64,000 nt of DNA from Phoronis australis (GCA_002633005.1 NMRA01000001.1:500625-564624), one strand, 5' to 3'; counted from the stretch's first letter, positions 51,244-63,098 are shown. Made by a program: numbers and translations. Notes: a model not told the origin generated them from the letters alone.

Positions 51244-54200
51244 TGCTCTGTCCAGTTAACTAAAATTGAGCTCTAAGACGAGGTTATGCTTTGGACGAAA
51301 AAATTAAGTGTTTTAATTTCAAAATTCAACTTGGTCGAGATTGATATTTGAAAAATATAACACATGAAATAGACGTATTTATTAAAACCAAGAAAGCAGA
51401 ATTGATGGTCATATAAGTTTTATTTTCAATTGTGAGCCTGGTTTTTTATCGTAATCAAGATATATATTTAATAAAATCAAGTATTATTTCAGATCAATGA
51501 CAAATCAACTGTTAGTCCGGGTAGTGCCTACCTCACCAGGACCTATGCTATGCTTGAAGCTAATAGGACTGCTCTTGATCAACAAATTAAACCAGATGTG
51601 ACTAATTGCACATGACAGCAAAATGGTATGAGCCACCACTGTCGAATATATCTTCAACTCGTCAACAATACGACCAGATGACCTGGTTCGTGTTAAAAGC
51701 ATTTTTATCAAAAATTTATTAGAAGAAACGTAACCCTGCATTCAGCATGATACCTAATCCGTAACACTACGATCGCCGCAATTTGGTCATGTTTACTTTT
51801 CATGTTTCGAACCTAGTTTTCGGGAGAAAAACTTATATCCTTTCGCCAAACAACTCTTCGGTGGATTGACTTGTTCTTTAGCTGTATTTTTCTGCGTTTC
51901 TTTGGTTAATTATTGACACATCTTTTAAGATTTAATATTCAGGTTGGACTCCAAAGACCGGCCATTTAACTCACGCAATGTAAATTTCCGCTTTGTTTAT
52001 CGCAGTGAGCCTCGCTTTGGATTTTAATGTCCGCCGCGTGAATAGAGTCTATAGCGAAACTGTTATCAATTTTAAAACTGAGAAATGGATATCTCGTGTA
52101 TACATGTTATTGCTTATATCACGGGTGCGCGACCTTTTTAAAACAGACCATTGCTCAAACTGACTTGCACTGAACATTTTACGGTTTGATATTAGTGGCA
52201 TATTCTGGTAGGCAGACTGTTCTTTGGGAATATAGGTTACGTTCTGTTGGTTACATTCTACTTTGGTAGAAAGAATTCCAATAATCCGTTGTTGTTTGAC
52301 GTTTCCATCTAACTGTAAAAAGATCAGTGTCTAGGTCGAGTAAAAAGGCGATCCTGTGGCTGCACAAATTTTAAAACAATGAACATTAGTATTAGCATTA
52401 CAATTATGTATTTTCATACCATAAATTCACTGGCGTGTTGGTTGTACATCACAACATGACGTCACAATCCATATATGATTAATACACAAGTATGTTCACA
52501 AGCATAACTACGTTTGTGAGAAAGGCAAGCCTCAAAGTTACTTCAATGTGGTCGATGTGGATTTGAACCTTCAAGATTTTGAATGGAAGATGAATGCTCA
52601 ACACCACATAACCGCACTGCCACGCAAATCGTGAACCAATAATTATTTTACTCAACTTAAGTGGAGTTAAATCCACCTTCCATCATAAAACCAACTTTTG
52701 ATTCAGACCACTTAACGTTATGAAATCGACCTCAACTTGTTCCGTAGTCAAGAGGTTACTCATAGGCTTGTAAAGAACGGTCACTTTGTTATTGCTCAAG
52801 ACTAGGTTGCACAAATGTAATGTTGCTCGATGCGCCGAGTACAGCCTTAAGAAAAAACGACCTATCAGCCCAAAACACTCTTCTTATTTGAATAAGGAAA
52901 AAGCTTAAAGGGTCTATATCAAGTTCGCTTATTCGATGGAACGCTCATTTGCAGCCGCTTCAATTGATAACTTAACATTCACTTTTTCGACCCAACAGCC
53001 GAAAATAAGAGAGTCGATTCCCATCAGGAAAGAGAGGTCACCCATGAACCGTGACGATAGTGGATATTACATTGGCCTGCCTGTCGATGATAATTACACC
53101 CGACCAAACAATGACGTGGTTTTCTAAAGCTGCATGGACTGTGATTACAGATTTATTAAACTCGCTTAAAGAGGCTGATCTAGTGGTTCTGGTGAAGGTT
53201 TTATTAAGAGTCACCTCCTCAACCTCTTTCTAATGTTCCATTGGGGCGATATTTAAAAATCCTAGAAGTCTCGCCATTATATCTTTCACCACAGAAGGCG
53301 CAAGATAAGCGAGTCGATCTACACCAGGAAAGAGAGACCACCCATGAACCGTGACGAGGGCGGATAAAAACTCAGCACATCATATGAAATGAATTTCCCA
53401 GTGCTTCAATTTCTATACCTCCGAATCACTGTTTTTCTGGCAATTTTATCCTTCTCATGACCCCATATCCACCCCGGCCGACCCGCGATCGAGAACGACC
53501 GGAAAGCGATCGAGAAAGAAACCTGTTGCGAGAAACGAAGCCAGGCAAGTTGAGTAAATTTGATGAATTTACGTTGTTTTTACTTCCAATGTGAAAACAG
53601 ATATGAGTTCAAGGCGTAACACATTGAGGAAGGGCAGGTAGAGGTTTGGGCTGGTGTCTGTTCCAATTATTGGAGATAAGTTACGTTGAACGAGGCATCG
53701 CTTGAGTCAAAGGTGATTCCTATGTCATTTTGGCAAATTGCGGTTATTTTTGGCACTAAATCAATAAATTGACCATGAAGTTATGAAGAAGTGACTTGTG
53801 AAAATATAACGCAGCGCTTGTTTTTCGTAGTTTTGTCAGGATCTCTGGTTTTTCAACACTTTTCTGTTGAAAGATGCGATCGAGAACGCAAAGATAAGCG
53901 ATCGGAAGCGCAATTTTTTGTTTTGTTTATGGGATCGAGAACGCATCGTGGTGTGTCGAACAGTTATGAACTTTTTACTTATAAAACGTGAAAAGGGTTA
54001 CAAAATAAGTGTGGTGAAATGAATTAATCACATTTTGAGTCATTACTGTTACTTTCGTTTCCAAACTAAACAATATCATAGCATTACCATTAAATCAAAA
54101 TGAGCGACTACATGTACATCAAGCACTATATTAATTATAGATATTTTCACAAATGAATTTATTTTCATTTCAGGAAACACGTTCACTGTTATTATTGAGA

Positions 54201-54381
54201 CGAGCTTCAACGAGTAGATTAATCAGGGCGTGAAAGTACACCCTACCAGGGTTTTGAAATACAGACACATACTTTTAGACGAAGCCAAGTGGAACAAGGG
54301 GTTCTAAACTAAGACTCACCCAGCAATTGTTCCAAGTGGCGTGTAAGCCAAGAGTAAACAAATTGTTGATGCAGACGAAAG

Positions 54382-54697
54382 CAGTGGCGGATTTAGGAGG
54401 GGGGGTGTCAAGGGGGCCATGCCCCCTAAAATTCTCCCAGATATCATTTGGCAGTCCGGGTGCGAATTGTCGACTAGCATATCGCGCACCCAAGGGGGTT
54501 CGAGGGGTTAATGCGCAATTCACTCATAGGCGTTGAACAAACCCCGTTTACCTTTTGTAGTAATAAGGTCCACAAACGCAAAAATTCGAGGCCCCTGCAT
54601 CCCTACATTTTAGGCTGGGCATGCGCATGTGGCAAAATTCTGACTATTCTTGTGCCCTGCCCCCCGTCCCCTACTCAAAATCCTGGATCCGCCCCTG
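54382..54697 (-). mobile_element. hAT5-like MITE nested in the CAC element
   Basis: CAGTGGCGGATTTAGG ... TCCTGGATCCGCCCCTG, with GAAAG on both flanks. Confidence 0.88.
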
Positions 54698-55975
54698 GAA
54701 AGCGAGTGTCGAATCTTCTTGCAAGATTGTGACAGCAAAAGGACAAAAAAACAAATACGCCAGTGAAGTCAAAGAATGATGATGAGCGTGCCTGTGGGGA
54801 CCGAGAAGAGTGCGACAACACCATTCGTGAGGTGATTCAAAGTTTACCGCTAATGAACGTCTGGGATTTAAAAAAAATGCCAAAAATGGTGTTAACTGTT
54901 TTGCTGATAAAAAGGGGGGATATTTTGTTGGATGTTTGACTGATATTATCGATACAGAGATGAACAGATTGACTTGTGGCATTTGTGTGGCTTGGATATA
55001 CAACATATGTTTGACTCTTCTGTTTTGTAGTATTGGTCCTGAGTGCATCTTCAATTCATGATCTCCAGTTTAACGTGACATTGCAAAAGAGTGAGGATCC
55101 ATATAATACACCTACTATATTGTGATTTTCTCAAAAACGTAGTTAAAATGTTGTCTTTAACATCACTTCAAGACACATTGTAGTGATTACACAGGAAATC
55201 AACAACAATATTAAAGCAATTCTATAATATTATTAATATTTTATCACACATACCTCAAAATTGGTCACACAGAAAAAAGACATAAAACATTACTTTAGAG
55301 AAATCAACATAACACATCTAGTGTACATTTCCTGTGAATTATTTTTGGAGTGTATTAGGCTAAATCATCACTGAATCATAGACAATCTATTTCGGACAGG
55401 TTCATAGTATAAAATTCTCTCACAGGGAATCAACAACAATATGAATACAATTTCTACAATTATGCCAGACATATAGTTTTCTTTTAAAATACTAATTGGT
55501 CATAACAATTGTATAAAAGAATCATACAATGACACATAGAGTGGCCATTTAAATGTACCCAAACACAACAAAAATGCACTGGTTCTGTTAAAGATGCTGC
55601 TGAAATAACACAAATAGGAAAAAGGTTCAAAACAAAACGTCAAAATCATCAGACAACTACCAACCATAAACTCTGTAAATCTGAATAAAGTTTCGTGACT
55701 TACTGTAACAACTTTCACTACTGGACTGAATAATTTTATTCATGGCGATTATGGTTCTCATGGCTGTATAAGTAGACACACTCTTTGCATGACACATTCA
55801 CAACAACAAGGAGTGTCCTCAGGCTTACTCTTTCCGTAAAACATTGATAGGGCACTGAATCAATTTGGTTCCTGAGCACTATGCTTCGTATTGTGTTTTC
55901 TTATGCGGTAGAAAAATCTTGCCCCATGCAACACGGGGCTGGTAAAGGTTTTGCTTGCAGCTAGTGAGTGGCAGT

Positions 55976-56047
55976 GTGTTTTATTGTCATGTGGTTATAC
56001 AAAAAAGGTTTCTTCCTGAACGAAGCTCCACAACATATATGCATACA
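55976..56047 (-). pseudogene. C2H2 zinc-finger coding remnant inside the CAC element
   Basis: Hand translation CMHICCGASFRKKPFLYNHMTIKH fits C-x4-C-x3-F-x5-L-x2-H-x4-H. In-frame stops lie close on both sides. Confidence 0.55.
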
Positions 56048-56848
56048 CAACCCTTTATAACATGCAGCAGTTGTGCTACTCTTTTTTGAAGGCGTATATG
56101 TTAACATTCTGAAGGACTCCTCATGCGGCTACAGTCCAAGTGAAAAATCAAACGCATTTTATCATATTTGTGAGGCTAAGTCTCACACAGAAATCATAAA
56201 AACTAATTCATGGTCGTATTATTCTAAAATTATTGATATAACACCGTAACCTGAACAATTATTCAGGAAAATGCAAAGAAAAAATGTGCGTTCACGATCG
56301 CATTTTTTGCGTTCACGATTGCCATGGAGAATTAACAGCTTCGTTCCCGATCGTCGTCTCACACAAGGACCTGCTTGTATCGGTAGATAGCTCGAATTGT
56401 TTCACAAATTATAACTAAAAAAGGTGTCACCAAGGACGATTTAACTATAAACGTCACACGTGTCCACTGAAGAACCCAGGAATTGCTAATAACAAGTAGA
56501 AATTGACGAATTTACGAGACGCAAGTCATTTTACCGAAAGCCATTGCATTCTGCGGTCTCTATTTCAAAAAATACCAAAAGCCAAGTATTATTTCAGATC
56601 CACAACAAAGGCTAAGCTCTGACGCTTTTTGGTGTGTCGCATTGGTACCAAAGTAGCCTCTATTTAAGAACAAAATGACACTTAAACTCACCGGGTACTT
56701 CACTGTCGTCTACCATTTTTAGTGTAAGGTCTCGTTCTCGATCGCCTTCAGGGCGTTCTCGATCGCGGGTTGGCCGGGGTGATATCAATCCACAATTTTC
56801 CAAATGCCCTGTCGAACAAAACAATAATTTAAGAGTCAAAAACAGCAA

Positions 56849-57830
56849 TTACAACGTAAAAACCATGCGAAAGGTTTTACGGAAGACGTCTACCCTCAAG
56901 GCATATATGAAAGGGTTCGTCGCCGAGTTCAAAAATAAGACGTCAACTACAAGATATCGGAAAACGGATAGCCAGACCGGTTCCCCTTGGGTTTCTTCAG
57001 TCACAATGGTTTTGAAGAAGGCAATCGGCAAGTTACAGACAATGAAGAGCAGAATCAACAGTAGAACAGCCTTCGTTATCTTGAATTCGGCCTTTTGTCT
57101 CTGAGGAATTCCATCTGAAGCGTGGATCTGTCTGTGCTGTTTATACGCTTGAACGGCTACATAGCCATGTAGAGAGGTGAGTAATATTATCGGAATATAG
57201 ACCACCAGGAAAGCATAGATGTTTTTGGAAAGTTTGCTTGGTAGTATAGTTTGAAAGAGACAGGAGTTGTGTGTGACGTCAATTTCATCTGCAGATGCAG
57301 TAAACAAGCAAGCTATCAAGACAATATGTGGGGCCAAGTATGCGCTTATGATCATACGTATGTAGACCTTTCGTGTCATAATGACCTCATGTCTCAAAGG
57401 GAATCTTATGGAGACGAAGCGATCGACTGCCAGGAACGCCAAAATACAATTAGTAATGGCGGCGGGGAGAAGGCTGACGTACATAACCACTCTGCAGATG
57501 TTGACGCTGGTGAACAGTCCTCTCATTGGTAGTGACCTCCAGTGCAGAGGTATTATGTACTTCCTGTAGGCATTCAGTATAACAGCAAAGCCACTTAAAA
57601 AATCATTCTGCGCCAAGCCGTATATAAAGATGCTAATGTTTTCGTCACGGACTGCACGATATTTGAAAAACACGAAACACACCAATCCGTTTCCAACAAG
57701 CGTAAACGCACTTATGGCGAGCTCGAATGCGGTGAACGCGTACAAGGTGACATCTGGGAGCTTGGTATTCGCATACCAAGGCAGTTTTGTTGTTTGCAAA
57801 CGTAATATTCGAAGCAGGTACATCTGTCAT
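56849..57830 (-). CDS. Single-exon class A GPCR, copy 2, with an apparent N-terminal frameshift (gene or pseudogene)
   Basis: Same motifs as copy 1. By hand, 95 of 119 residues are identical from TM1 to just past DRF. The 7TM frame is open from ATG 57823, but the ATG matching copy 1 is at 57830 in a different frame. Confidence 0.88.
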
Positions 57831-58328
57831 TGTTTCCTTGTAGGAACAACGTAGCGTGAAGAACTGAGTGACTGCAGTCTGTTCTGTAAAACGATTCTGG
57901 CAATTTGACATCGAAAGTGGATGCGCACTTACAATTAAGTATATCTCAAGATAGGACGACAGTGTCTCGTGCTTCCATGGAAACCTCTGATGACGCGCCT
58001 TCTCTGGTATTCTTTACATGTCGTAGTTGATACGTCAATGTTCAAGCGGCTATAAGACGGCGTTCGTTCTAAGGAAGTGACTTGCTCACTTACCACTGCA
58101 AAACAGACCTGAGACCAGAAATAATTGGTCTTGCACAGAACTGCAGCTCCCGCCTCGAGCTCAGGACCATGCTGTGCTGAACAAAATGAAAGGCCGTGAT
58201 AAGTCAACTTGTAGAGACCGGTCTCAAGCACTTACAAACCCAGAAATGGGGAAGGAATAATTTGAGACTTACTTTATAACGTAAGTAGTCTAAATCGAAA
58301 GTTGCTTTTTGGGATGGAGAAAGGGTTT

Positions 58329-59858
58329 TTATTGCATACACGTTGATTCAGTCGAGTGCAATACGGCCATGTAGTAATGTATTCCGTATTCACCTCCCGC
58401 ACTACTTCAACAATGACCTTTGACATGGAAAGTTCAAAAGGTAGGTCAATATCGACTCCACGTCGTTAGCCGGTTCGATCATCAATTTATTCGAAAATAG
58501 TTTAAAGTAATACAATTGCAGCAGTAGAAATAACACTTAACATGCAATCATGTCTCAAACGTAACATCTGGAACAAGGCGGTTAATTATGTCAGATCTGT
58601 CTCAGTTTTCAATATCGTTTGCAACTCAGGTGCCGATTCCTCGGTAACTACAATACCAAATGTTGTACAACCTCAATGCACAGTTACCATTGCTTTTATC
58701 TTTGTTATCTCTTTTCAAGTAATAAATCGTTACATTTAAAACTGTTTCCTTACTAATCTTACAACCTCACCAGCAAGTTCATACATATAGGATGTGATCC
58801 GCCACGTGAACAGTCTGGGTGAAGTATTTAAAAAATCTGAGGACAAAATGAAAAAAATAGTATTTAGAAGCGTCTTGACCTCGACATCCGGTCTCGGTTG
58901 ATACGTGGAATAATATTTCGTGAGGTATTACTTCTTGTCCCATATGTGTGCATATACGGATGTTGTATACGTCATTTTTTCAACTGTGAAATGCCGGAAA
59001 GTAGAGCCAATCCGTACACCACCGTAGAGGCCGTATTCAACGGTAGAAGCCGTATATCACGGTTGGTGAGCAGTTTTCTCATCGAGTAAATTCGCGTGTG
59101 CGGCGCCAAATGTGGTTGCGCTCGTTCATTTGGGTTACCAAACCATGAATCCAGGGCGGCGCTCCTGAAAAAGCAGTTTTAATGCAGAACAGAAAAAAAT
59201 TTCCGATGAAAATTCCTACGCACGGTTATCAGGCCGCTATTTTTGGGCCCCGCTGAAGTTTCAATCTGGGTAAATAGGTCAAGCTAAGCATCGTCCCCGG
59301 CCAGCAAAATCAGCCAAAAATATAACTCAAAATCCATCGAAAACGTTTCATTATTGGTGCATGGTCTTTACAGGAAATTAAGATCTAATAACGTGTATGT
59401 GTTTTTACTGAGCTAATCGTCTGGTCGCAGCGTTCAACATTCTCTCTGTCGCTGTCAGCCGTATCGTAAAATCGATACAGTCTTTACTCCCCCAAGTTCT
59501 GCAAATTAGCACAATTTCCACCGTTATTTTCCAATGCTGTGATCAACACGGGGAAATGTTTCTATTGCTATTTACAGTCCAGAAGCTAAGACACAAAATA
59601 GACCAAGAAAACTGAGAAATTCATCGAAGATAGAACGACACACTGTTGCACAACTCGGTTAAATTTTTGGATTGTTTCTAAGTTTTCATACATATGGGAT
59701 AAATAGGTTATCCAACATACCTAGGAATACTACTGCGATGTCCTATCTCGAATTCATTCCCAGATGAAATGAATTCTCGATAGGATTTGGCAGAAGTATT
59801 CCTATGCATATGGGATAACCTATATATCTACGCCACTCGCGCTACGTTTTGTGTATAT
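58329..59858 (-). mobile_element. 1.5-kb insertion upstream of GPCR copy 2 (hairpin-rich family)
   Basis: Homology to the copy 1 upstream region stops near 58328 and resumes near 59859. Ends match 4441-5112 and 42108. Contains a 120-bp hairpin at 59703-59822. Confidence 0.7.
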
Positions 59859-59990
59859 AGTTGCCTTAACTGATATTTAGTATGTTAGATTTCATATTGG
59901 CGCTCCCTAGAGCAACGAGAGCACGAAAATGCCGACTGATCCGAACTCATATTTGGTGGACTGAAATTCAATTACTTCAAAGCCGTTCAT

Positions 59991-61489
59991 TAGGCCACTC
60001 CTGTGACCACTTTAGGGGGGCAATTTAAATAAGGTGTTTTTGATGTCACAAATTATTGTACTTTATGAATCAAAAAAGTTCCCGCGTTTAAACTTCCACA
60101 TTTTGATGTTAAAATTGTGCCAATTCAGCAAATTCTACATGGAATTAAAAAGTTAGAAAAGGAGAAAATTAACTGTTCATAACGGGTGATACTGCAGAAT
60201 ATATTCCTACAAGCTCTATTAAGTTATAATAAACACACACTTTGGTATATTTTTCAATTAAAATGTTGAATTATGGAAGAAATATGAATTCATGGGTGCC
60301 ACCTGTTGGCGAAATATGGAACTATCATTCAGTGTTTCATGCTGTTTTTACTATTGGTAATACTATAATTATCAAACTGACTTTGTCTCACCTTTATTTT
60401 ATCACGCATTTACTGACCTATCACACAAAAACAATCATTATTACAAGTACAAAGCAAACAATTTGTCAAAAGATGAATACAAAATGTATAGAATGACAAC
60501 AAATGCAATGGGATGAAGTACAAAAGACCGAGAAATTAACAAGATACAAAGCTATTACTAGAGACGTAAATATGACAATACAAAAATGTTTCACAAATCA
60601 CCAGACTCACTGGTTTCTGTCTCTTGAGAAGGTGTCTTCCAAGTTCCTCCGGCTGGGATACATGTCCATCACACCGTTACTCGTCATCTGACTCAATTTC
60701 ATCACTCACTTTGACATTCTCACAGTTTTGGCAGTTGCACATTTCAGAGCATTTTCGTCCAGCATTTTCACAAGAACAAATGTTTGTTTAACAACAATTC
60801 ACTATGATTCCGTTTTGGACTAAGGAATTGTAGAATAGGGTGAATTCTCTGTTAATTCGATTTCAGATTTCCAGTTCGGACACATACATCACAACCTCTT
60901 TTGGACAAAGTTTCCTCGAGGAGTGACTTTAACAGAGTCAAATGCAATCTTTCCCCTTGTGATATTATTCGTTGCTTCATAACTTCAAAGAAAAACTCTT
61001 GAAACACTCTGTGAAAATTTCACTGCTTTCACTATCGTCAGATTTCTGTTTTTTCAGTGGTCTTGTGAACCTTTTGTAGCAAGAACGATGGTATGTGACT
61101 TCGAGTGCTACCAGATCTCTTCCCTGTAATATGATCAAGAGGTCCATGTCAGCTGCATCCAAAAACAACCCACCTACAAGCAAGCAAATTAAAAATAAAA
61201 ACTGTTGTCAGAGTTTAAAAATATGGAAAGCATTGTAGACTTGTCCCACAAAACGATAGATGTTGACATGTACTTGATTCTTTATTACAATAATCAAATG
61301 GAAGTACAAAGAATGATCAAAAGACAGACAGGAAAAACTCAAAATAATACGTGTACATATAAGATCTAGCCGGCTGTGCTCAAAAGTGAAAAAGATACCC
61401 ATGGGTTTGTATGCAAACTGGTCTTGAAAACAAATTTTTGTTTGAAAATTAACATACAGTTTCAGATATGCACACAAGTCTTTACAATC
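59991..61489 (-). mobile_element. Academ-like derivative, copy 3 (right half)
   Basis: Reverse complement of about 13419-14938. Terminus TAGGCCAC. Reads GRDLVALEVTYHRSCYKRFTR and CSCENAGRKCSEMCNCQNCEN. Confidence 0.75.
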
Positions 61490-63040
61490 AGGCAGTGGAA
61501 AACGTAATTCAAACCTGATGTTCTTGTTCATCCATTGATATCTCAAAAGGTTTACTTTCTTCGTCGCCCAGCAGTGGGAATTTGCCGACATCATAGTAGC
61601 CGGCACGATGTTAAAACACTGCTTATATCTGTTGATAGAAACCTTCCGTTCGCATCTGTAGGTAGCGCTGAGTTATCTATCCTTTGGTTCTGTTATAATC
61701 AAACACCACCATGAGCTCATGATAGATATTCTAAAGATATGACTTGTATGGAGTTGCGAAAATTTTCTGTGACAGTTACGAAGGTGACACGTTTCCTATT
61801 GGCCTAGTGTTGAAATGTAAATTTTTGTTATCTTTTGTCCTAGTTACACGATTTTGGTATCGTATTAGAGCTCGGGTGGCAGGGTGCCTGATCGTGTGGA
61901 TATGTTTTGAGGAAAGTGTTAACTTTCGAAATTACTGCAATACGTCTAATTGGCTTTCTGTTACGCCTGCGAATTAGACTATCCTGAGATTTTGGGGTCA
62001 TTAGACCGCAAAATATTTCAAAAATACAGATGAAATTTGTTCGGAAGACGTTTTCTGTGATAACTGTTCTTAACTTATTTCTTTTGTAATAAATTAACAT
62101 TCCACCCTAAACTCTATGTTTCATAGTAAGAAATTACACCGGAGCAAACGAATCCAAACAATGACCACTCATAAGGTCGCAACCTCAGACCCACGAAATC
62201 GAAGTTGAACATTCCATATCTAGAGTTAATTTTATGCTGATATCAATAGTATGCAATTGAAATGGTATTAATCCGTTCATCGAAGTAATTTAAAGACTGG
62301 TTTTTCCTTTGAACAGTATAAATATAAACCTTGGGGTGTACTTCGTTAAAACGTGGTCGATTTTTAAATGACCAAATTTTACCGACAACATCGTTGCGCT
62401 CCAACATTTAGCGTAGATGATTCTCAGGGAGAAAAAAGAAGTTTGCGGCAATCTTGGATGTGATGCGAATGGTATAACTGCAACCTTTTCATAATCCAGT
62501 CAATAAATTTCGTATTTGTCTTAAGAGAATTGGTCTCTTTATTCTTCCGAGACAAATATTNTTCTTATCCCTCTTTTGTTTCAATCCGTTGCTAGGAGCC
62601 GCAAAACGAGTTGCCTCTCTAATTAAATCTATGACGTCATGACGTCATTGACACATCCGTCCGGTAGGTGTCCCTTCCGACTGTAGTTATACCACGTGAC
62701 CTCCTTTCATATAGATGACCTTTGACCGAGGAGCCTCAAAACGGGGCGTCTAAATGACTTACTATACTACTGCAACCGCAGTTAACAAAACTGACTTACA
62801 ATGCTGATGAGTCCAGATAACATAGTCATCAAGGATTTGAAAAAAATGTGATTTCATCGGGTGGCAATAGGCAGGCCTACTTCAAGACCCGTAAACCCGC
62901 CTAAAATCCAAGAAACGATTTTTTGATGATTTAGACCAAATACCGGTAAGAACTGATCTCAATTTGTTCCTTACCCAGATGAGAAGTAATTTACGAGTTT
63001 TCGAACTACCGACGGTTCTTCATTGATTGAGATTATGCTC

Positions 63041-63098
63041 GGCGCATCAAATGACACGTCGTGACAAGCGGCGCATAAAATGACACGTCGTGACAAGC
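63041..63098. repeat. 29-bp tandem duplication
   Basis: GGCGCAT(C/A)AAATGACACGTCGTGACAAGC x2. Confidence 0.85.

Larger units (their letters stand above)
50005..52053 (-). mobile_element. Non-autonomous TIR element, family A, copy 2, with nested inserts
   Basis: TATAGACCCTATTCACGC ... GCGTGAATAGAGTCTATA. Inverted homolog of 18893-20170. Confidence 0.88.
53470..56781. mobile_element. CAC-terminated DNA transposon derivative with 5-bp TSD (Transib-like signature, unclassified)
   Basis: TIR of about 54 bp, CACCCCGGCC(G/A)ACCCGCGATCGAGAACG..., with 6 mismatches. ATATC at 53465-53469 and 56782-56786. GCGATCGAGAACG-like subterminal repeats. Confidence 0.85.

Noticed and set aside
34335-57830. The two GPCRs as an uncollapsed haplotype duplicate
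   Set aside because: About 20% amino-acid divergence in the region counted and different flanking insertions indicate true paralogs.
62804-62850. CTGATGAGTCC hammerhead start
   Set aside because: No matching GGAC-GAAAC half follows.
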